The notes under the pieces: model-generated
The model's input: only the letters and a program-made list of their open reading frames with translations
What the model was told of the DNA's origin: nothing
The model's database searches: none
Virus record (IMG/VR): IMGVR_UViG_3300022555_000009
Strand: one strand, 5' to 3'
DNA: 64,000 nucleotides
DNA from: a virus
Translations under genes and position numbers: made by a program
In this document: piece by piece, positions 58,282-64,000 of the stretch
Numbering within the stretch: the first letter of the stretch is position 1
Layout of the letters: each line of letters opens with the position of its first letter

Positions 58282-58527
58282 ATGAGAGTATACGATAGAA
58301 ACAATAAAGAGATTACTGTAGGCACAGAGATTGTGTGGGCTTCAAAGCACGGTTGTCGGGCGGTATTGAAGCGAGGAATCGTCGAACAGATATCTATGGA
58401 GGGTATCAAGGCGAGAATCTCTAATTTCTCCTGGGGGAGAAATGAGGGAGTATATCTTGCCAGACTTCCTTTCTCTCTATGGCGTAAGCCTGAGGATGAT
58501 ATTCGTACCGAAGCCGAAGTGATCTAA
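58282..58527 (+). CDS. Hypothetical SH3/YopX-like small protein
   Basis: DRNNKEITVG..IV motif. Confidence 0.5.
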   Translation: MRVYDRNNKEITVGTEIVWASKHGCRAVLKRGIVEQISMEGIKARISNFSWGRNEGVYLARLPFSLWRKPEDDIRTEAEVI

Positions 58528-58548
58528 AGAGAAATAAAGACTTTTACA

Positions 58549-58580
58549 ATAGCCGTTCGAAAGAACGGCTATATTTATTT
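58549..58580 (+). terminator. Hairpin/terminator
   Basis: ATAGCCGTTC-GAAA-GAACGGCTAT plus A/T tract. Confidence 0.7.
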
Positions 58581-58589
58581 ATAAGAGAG

Positions 58590-60461
58590 GTGTCGACAAT
58601 GGAGTTGAATGTAGCTGAGATGTTCGGTCCCGTGCTTCAGGGAGAAGGCAAGTCTCTCGGCGAGCCAGCTTTCTTTCTGAGGCTATCGAATTGTAATCTT
58701 ATGTCCATAGGGTATAATCGAGGAATTTCTCAGCCAAAGATATGGATGAATAAAGGTGGAGAGAAAAATATACAAGATGTAAAGCCTGATGATGTAATCT
58801 GGGCCACAAATGAAAACGGAAATCTCGTTGAAACAAAAGTTCTATCAGTATTCGAATACGACATCAAAGATAGAGTTGAGCTAATAGTCGAAGGGATAGA
58901 TCACCCTGTTTACTGCTCAGGGGAGCACCCCTGGCTAACAAATCAAGGGTGGAAGAGAGCTGACGAGCTTCTTAAAGACGATGAAATAATGCATTTTTCT
59001 AAGAAGCAGATTCAATCAGAAAGAATGAAAAAGTATAACCCTATTCATGATCCAGATACTATGAAAAGACATATTGAAAATACGAACTGGACAACTCAGG
59101 GAGAAAAAATTAAAGGTGATATTCAAAGAAGGAAAGCTGCAGACACTTATGTAGACGCCGTTACTTCCATGAGACGCAATAATCCAGAAAAGTATGCAGA
59201 GATGAATAAAAATACCTCAGTAAGAATGACAACTAATAATCCAATGTTTAATCAGGAAGTAGTTAAAAAAAGTAGAGGGACCCACCAGAATATAAATCAA
59301 TATTACCCCTTTATGTCCAAATCAGAGAAAGATTTTTCTAATATTGCTATGAAAATGGGGCTGCCAGTTAAGTATATTGGAAGATTTGATCTTCAGATTA
59401 AACACAAGAGTAAAACATACTACCCTGATTTTATAATTGAGGGGACAAATAGACTTCTGGAAATATACTACTCAAAAGGGAAATTATATTCTCACAGGAA
59501 TGAACAGTGGAAAAAAGAAAGGCTGGAGGCCTTCGAGGCTAATGGCTATTCCTGCACGTTTGTAAATTGTTCCGAGAGCAATATTAATGATATTAAAGAT
59601 TTAATATCCACCGAAATAAAAATGCAGAACGGGGTAAAGATTATATCTGTAACAAAAGTTAATCAATTTAAAACCCATTATGAGGGAGAAAAATCGTTAT
59701 CTAATTCCGATACCCAGTTCAATATTACCACTAAGCCGATGAGAGCAATTGATATTATGTGTTACCCTTATCATAATTTCATAGTTGATGGAATGGTTAC
59801 GCATAATTGCGGCGGTCATAACGGTGAGAAAGTTCGCGATGGGTCCGCTACTTGGTGGTGTGACTCTGAAAAGATTTGGCGAGAAAGTAAATCGTATACT
59901 CCTGGTGAAATTATTGAATATATTAAGGACGCGGGTGAGCTTGATAATATTAGATCTGGATCTACTCACTTAGTTATTACTGGCGGCGAGCCTCTCTTAC
60001 GCAGGAATATCGATCCGCTAAAACTACTTATTGAAATGCTGAGGTATGATAATCTCGCAGATCAGACATTCTATCCTTATATTGAGGTTGAGACGAACGG
60101 CACTTGCTCAACAGAAGACTTCTTGGATACGTATGTTGATCAGGTTAATTGTAGCCCTAAACTAGCTAATAGTGGTGTGCCTCGAGAGCAAAGAATTAAG
60201 CAGGATGCTATTGAGGAGATAAAGAATCATCTTAACTCTTGGTTCAAATTCGTTGTTAGCAAACCTGAAGATTGGAATGAGATCGAGAAAGATTTCTTGC
60301 CACTTATATTTAAGGATCAGATCATACTGATGCCTGCGGGAGCATCTCGCGAGGATCTTTTAGTTACGAGTCCTATTGTATGGGAGATGGCTTGCAAGCA
60401 TAACGTCAAGGCTACAACAAGACTGCAGACCATAACTTGGGATAAGAGAGTTGGCGTATGA
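58590..60461 (+). CDS. queE: 7-carboxy-7-deazaguanine synthase (radical SAM) interrupted by an intein
   Basis: EMFGPVLQGEG...FLRLSNCNL, WWCDS, VITGGEPLL, IEVETNG, CSPKL, FKFVV, LMP, RLQ. Confidence 0.9.
   Translation: MSTMELNVAEMFGPVLQGEGKSLGEPAFFLRLSNCNLMSIGYNRGISQPKIWMNKGGEKNIQDVKPDDVIWATNENGNLVETKVLSVFEYDIKDRVELIVEGIDHPVYCSGEHPWLTNQGWKRADELLKDDEIMHFSKKQIQSERMKKYNPIHDPDTMKRHIENTNWTTQGEKIKGDIQRRKAADTYVDAVTSMRRNNPEKYAEMNKNTSVRMTTNNPMFNQEVVKKSRGTHQNINQYYPFMSKSEKDFSNIAMKMGLPVKYIGRFDLQIKHKSKTYYPDFIIEGTNRLLEIYYSKGKLYSHRNEQWKKERLEAFEANGYSCTFVNCSESNINDIKDLISTEIKMQNGVKIISVTKVNQFKTHYEGEKSLSNSDTQFNITTKPMRAIDIMCYPYHNFIVDGMVTHNCGGHNGEKVRDGSATWWCDSEKIWRESKSYTPGEIIEYIKDAGELDNIRSGSTHLVITGGEPLLRRNIDPLKLLIEMLRYDNLADQTFYPYIEVETNGTCSTEDFLDTYVDQVNCSPKLANSGVPREQRIKQDAIEEIKNHLNSWFKFVVSKPEDWNEIEKDFLPLIFKDQIILMPAGASREDLLVTSPIVWEMACKHNVKATTRLQTITWDKRVGV
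58704..59807 (+). mobile_element. Contiguous 368-aa intein with a Vsr/DUF559-like endonuclease
   Basis: Ser1; KNIQDVKPDD; SGEHPWLTNQGWKRADEL; NP-containing repeats; YYPDF...LLEI; HNFIVDGMVTHN|C. Confidence 0.85.
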
Positions 60462-60856
60462 TATTGGACAACGTATTCGTATTACCTATCATTCGAAGAA
60501 ATTATCCCTCTTCCATAAAGGGAGAACTTTCACAAGAATTTCCTATTCAGGAGGACACTCGAGTTTTCTTGGGAGACTTTGCTTACGATAGAATGGAGAT
60601 TTCTGGAGGATGGTATCATTCTTTCCTGAAGGGATGGAAATGGGATCCCTGGCAACTAATCAATGTAAAAGGGAAAGTTTCTAGATATGAGTCTAAGGGA
60701 TTATTTAATCTAATACCAACTACTTTAACGTCCACAGAAATTATTGACACTTGTGATTCTATCGCCGACGAGCTCCCAGAGCCTATTCGTATTGCCTGGG
60801 AGCTTCGATGCGAAGTGTATAACAATGCACATCCGGAGATAAAGATAAATGAGTAA
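60458..60856 (+). CDS. Hypothetical protein
   Basis: ATGA coupling; N-terminal LPIIRRNYP. Confidence 0.6.
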   Translation: MILDNVFVLPIIRRNYPSSIKGELSQEFPIQEDTRVFLGDFAYDRMEISGGWYHSFLKGWKWDPWQLINVKGKVSRYESKGLFNLIPTTLTSTEIIDTCDSIADELPEPIRIAWELRCEVYNNAHPEIKINE

Positions 60857-61082
60857 AATGATGGGTTTCGAATGCGTTGTGCGCGGCTTACGTATCGAGA
60901 GGCTGATGAAGAGAACATCGTGGCCAGATAATATATACATTACTTTCAAAGATAAAGAAGTTCGTCAGTATGCTATTCAGGAAGATGGGCATGATATGCA
61001 TCAGCAATATATGGCATCTGGAGAAGATATATTAGCTACAGACTGGGAGATTTCTCCACGTGATCCTAGTTACAGAGGTTAA
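60849..61082 (+). CDS. DUF2829 / Tad2-like protein
   Basis: MGF.....L......R.SW...Y.AS.EDILATDWEI pattern. Confidence 0.65.
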   Translation: MSKMMGFECVVRGLRIERLMKRTSWPDNIYITFKDKEVRQYAIQEDGHDMHQQYMASGEDILATDWEISPRDPSYRG

Positions 61083-61859
61083 ATGAAAGACTTCATACAA
61101 TGCAGAACATGCGCAAAAAAGCCTGGACCTAAAAATATGCCAGGCTTTTTTTACGTAGACTTAGAAAATGGACAGCAAGCCATAGCAGAGTGTTCTTGCC
61201 ACAAGAGATTTGTCAAGGAAGAACTTAATAGAATCAAAGCAAGTAAGGCTGGGCTTTGGTACTCTGATTATACTCCGGCGAATGATTATGTGGGAACTAA
61301 AAGTTTACAGAATGTAGAACACTTAGAAGAGTATATCAGATTTTTTAAATCTCCTGCCTACTCTAGTTCCATCATATATATGCACGGCCCCAATGGATCC
61401 CAAAAGACGACGTTAGCTCAGTGGGTCGGTTTGAGCCTTCTTCGTAAGGGATTTAAGGTCAAATATATTCTTATGCAGTATCTTGTATCGAAGTTAGCTA
61501 ACGAGAACTTTGAGACTGATGAAGAGGCTATTAAAGAACTCGAGGATCTGAAGAATGTAGATTGTCTCATTATAGACGAGGCCTTAGATAAAAATAAGGT
61601 GACCCTGTATAAGTCAGGATACCAGTTGCCCTTCTTGGAGTCTTTCATTAGAGATAGAGTAGATTATAGGAAAAAAGGCATTGTATTCGTTAGCAACGTA
61701 GCGCCTAGTGATATTGAGAGCCAAGGATTCGGCAAATCTATACAAGACTTTATAGTTAGGAACACTGTTCCCAAAGAAACAGATCTTTTATTTAAAGATG
61801 TGTATCATCAGGTTAAGTCCTCTTTTGATGTTGATAAGTTGTTTAAGGGGAATAAATGA
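61083..61859 (+). CDS. DnaC/IstB-like helicase loader
   Basis: C..C...CSC zinc site, GPNGSQKT, LIIDE, FVSN; adjacent to dnaB. Confidence 0.75.
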   Translation: MKDFIQCRTCAKKPGPKNMPGFFYVDLENGQQAIAECSCHKRFVKEELNRIKASKAGLWYSDYTPANDYVGTKSLQNVEHLEEYIRFFKSPAYSSSIIYMHGPNGSQKTTLAQWVGLSLLRKGFKVKYILMQYLVSKLANENFETDEEAIKELEDLKNVDCLIIDEALDKNKVTLYKSGYQLPFLESFIRDRVDYRKKGIVFVSNVAPSDIESQGFGKSIQDFIVRNTVPKETDLLFKDVYHQVKSSFDVDKLFKGNK

Positions 61860-63247
61860 AAAGATCTAATCAAGACTTCATAGTACCGGCAGAATTTCAA
61901 GTACTGAAAATCCTTATTGACAACGAAGTCGATTGCCAGATTCTAAATGAGGGAATGTTTCCTCATGAGGAAGCTAAAGCTCTCTTTCAGTCAGTAATGA
62001 AATTGAAAGACAAGGGCGAGTCTATAACTGAAGGATCTTTACTACGAGAAGCTAACTTCCTCAACGACGATATCGACTTGCCTATGATCAAGAGTCTGAT
62101 GGATCATAAGGCCGACCTCTCTAATTGGTTTCCGGCTATAGAGACCTTGCGGAAAGCTAGTATTAAGTATCAGTTGAACTTAGCTTTCAATAAGTTAGCC
62201 GAGACGACTAGTTTACCGGACGACTTAGAGTCTACTGGTATAAGTAACTCTCTATACGAAGCTCAACAGGTTTTGTCTCGCGGTAGTAAAGCTACTGAGT
62301 CTAAGACTTTGGAAGAATGCTTAGACGATTATAAAGACGTTCTGGAAATGAGACGTTTAGGAAAGTACTATCCTTTCGGCGATCAGTTCCTTGATTCTCA
62401 TTTGACGAAGAAGGCAGCGCCCGGGCAAGTCATCATGGTTGCTGGTTCGACAGGCACAGGTAAATCAGCGTACGCTTTAAATATTCTAAATGGTATGATT
62501 AACTTAGGTCAGCCATGTATGTACTTCTCCTTGGAAATGGATACGGAGTCGACCTTCGATAGACTATTAGCAATGAGAACTAGCGTGCCTGTTGAAGGCT
62601 GGTATACATCTGGCAATCAAATAAATCCTCTTCTGCGAAAGCTTGAAGAGGAGCGAAAGCTCTTAGAGAATAAGCCGTTCAGGTTTATCGATGATCCCAA
62701 TGTCGATCTCGGTACTATACAATCTCTCATTCGAGAATTCAAGATGGTATATAGGGTCGATTACATTTTTGTCGTTATTGACTTGGTGACTATGGTGAAG
62801 GAATTCTCTATGATGACCGGACAAAAGTCTTTAGCGAATGCTATAGAATTCGCGGTTAATAGGCTGAATGCTATGGCCAAGACAGAGAACGTGTGTTTCA
62901 TGTGTGTGGCTCAGATGAATAGAGAGGCGGATAAAGAAAAGATAACTGAAATTGAAGATATTGATAAATTGAAGCCTACGCTAAACCATATCAAGAATAG
63001 TAATGCTATGGCAGAGCGAGCGAGAACAGTGCTATCTATATTTAGGGGCAAGTATTACGCGGACAGATATTTTCCAGATGACGAGGCAGTAGAGTATATG
63101 GACGATATCATGGAAGTATCTATTTTGAAGCAAAGCCAAGGAAGAGTTGGCTCTATAGGTAAGTATTTGTTCGAAGGTGAGTGTTTTCAATTGAAGCCTT
63201 ACATAGAAGCAGACCACATTGATACTAATTCTGTAGGCGAATACTGA
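61856..63247 (+). CDS. dnaB: Replicative DNA helicase
   Basis: GSTGTGKS, FSLEM, VIDL, AQMNR, ILKQSQG. Confidence 0.9.
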   Translation: MKRSNQDFIVPAEFQVLKILIDNEVDCQILNEGMFPHEEAKALFQSVMKLKDKGESITEGSLLREANFLNDDIDLPMIKSLMDHKADLSNWFPAIETLRKASIKYQLNLAFNKLAETTSLPDDLESTGISNSLYEAQQVLSRGSKATESKTLEECLDDYKDVLEMRRLGKYYPFGDQFLDSHLTKKAAPGQVIMVAGSTGTGKSAYALNILNGMINLGQPCMYFSLEMDTESTFDRLLAMRTSVPVEGWYTSGNQINPLLRKLEEERKLLENKPFRFIDDPNVDLGTIQSLIREFKMVYRVDYIFVVIDLVTMVKEFSMMTGQKSLANAIEFAVNRLNAMAKTENVCFMCVAQMNREADKEKITEIEDIDKLKPTLNHIKNSNAMAERARTVLSIFRGKYYADRYFPDDEAVEYMDDIMEVSILKQSQGRVGSIGKYLFEGECFQLKPYIEADHIDTNSVGEY

Positions 63248-63316
63248 AAAAATCAGCAAAATAAGCGCCACCTAAGCGCTTCTTCGCCGTATATTATATA
63301 CGTACGAGGTGACAAG

Positions 63317-63811
63317 ATGCGGTGGTGGTTGTGGAAAGGATTCCCTTTCAGACGGTTCGAGTGCTGGCCAGGTCAGTACGCCGCTACCGAAGAGCGCTGG
63401 CCTGGTGAGATTGGCCGGTTTCCGGAAAGTCCTGCGGAAAAACAGGCCAGAATGGAAAGTCACACCTATCGTTGCGACGATGGAACAATTTACGTATACG
63501 GGGTGTACCAGGGTAGGTGGAAGCCAGCGGAAACCAAGAAAGAGGAGCCCAGGCCGTCATTTACCTATTCCTACAGCGAGAAACCTCGCCCCTCGGAATC
63601 TAAGATTCTAGCCCAGTACCGGGAGGATTACGCTAATCTCGGCCTATCTTACGGTGCGTCGTATAATCAGGCCCACGAGGCCTACAGGGCTCTCTTGAAG
63701 CGCTACCATCCCGATGTCAATCCTGGAAAGGGTTCTACGGAAATGACGCAAAAAATAAATACTTCCTGGAGGAATATAGAGAGGTACTTAAAAAGTTACC
63801 AAGCAGCCTGA
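63317..63811 (+). CDS. J-domain (DnaJ-like) protein
   Basis: YANLGL...AYRALLKRYHPDVN...TQKIN. Confidence 0.8.
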   Translation: MRWWLWKGFPFRRFECWPGQYAATEERWPGEIGRFPESPAEKQARMESHTYRCDDGTIYVYGVYQGRWKPAETKKEEPRPSFTYSYSEKPRPSESKILAQYREDYANLGLSYGASYNQAHEAYRALLKRYHPDVNPGKGSTEMTQKINTSWRNIERYLKSYQAA

Positions 63812-63830
63812 TCTGAATCTCAAATAACCC

Positions 63831-63863
63831 AATAGCCGGTTTGATCGACCGGCTATTATTTTT
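63831..63863 (+). terminator. Intrinsic terminator
   Basis: AATAGCCGGT/ACCGGCTATT plus T tract. Confidence 0.75.
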
Positions 63864-63882
63864 ATGTTCGAAGGAGAATTTT

Positions 63883-64000
63883 ATGTTGAAAAAAGTAGCA
63901 ATTTTAAGTTATGTTTTTTTTGTTCTAGTCGCTAATGTTTATGCTGTGCCGCCCGGGTTTGATCCTCATCTTTTAGGATACATAGATTCTGTGTGTGCTA
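63883..64000 (+). CDS. Signal-peptide protein, truncated at the window edge
   Basis: SD AAGGAG; MLKKVAILSYVFFVLVANVYA-VP. Confidence 0.6.
   Translation, partial: MLKKVAILSYVFFVLVANVYAVPPGFDPHLLGYIDSVCA

Noticed and set aside
63272-63611. Alternate ORFs 63309-63611 and 63272-63463
   Set aside because: They overlap the J-domain gene, which has the SD and the HPD motif.
1-64000. CRISPR array, tRNAs, DGR or integrase
   Set aside because: No regularly spaced repeats, cloverleaf-compatible intergenic sequence, reverse transcriptase or recombinase motifs were seen by eye.

Overview
A 64 kb segment of a large, AT-rich, probably lytic myovirus (contractile-tail phage). Standard genetic code; no rRNA, tRNA, CRISPR or integrase seen. 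It holds a replication/recombination set: PolA-family polymerase, DnaN-like clamp, primase, DnaB plus a DnaC-like loader, 5'-3' exonuclease, SbcCD/gp46-47, SSB, SNF2 helicase and class II RNR. A ~27 kb tail block (sheath, tube, baseplate, several fibres, Gly-rich adhesin) interrupts that set. Also present are two sigma-like factors and accessory/anti-defence genes (RelA/SpoT-type HD hydrolase, Tad2/DUF2829-like, QueE, Hsp20, DnaJ, lipase, GT2). The most striking theme is fractured genes. (1) DNA polymerase is encoded as two halves 38 kb apart in permuted order, and the break ends look like a catalytically dead split-intein remnant that may act as a non-covalent clasp. (2) NrdJ is split by an apparently functional split intein. 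(3) An AAA+ ATPase is split between Walker B and sensor-1. (4) QueE carries a contiguous intein with an endonuclease. Other signals are two coiled-coil membrane proteins fully overlapped in different frames (spanin-like), a recurrent ACTAATT promoter motif, leaderless replication genes, and an orphan 16-nt complement of the 16S rRNA 3' end. All assignments come from motif reading only; no database searches were run.
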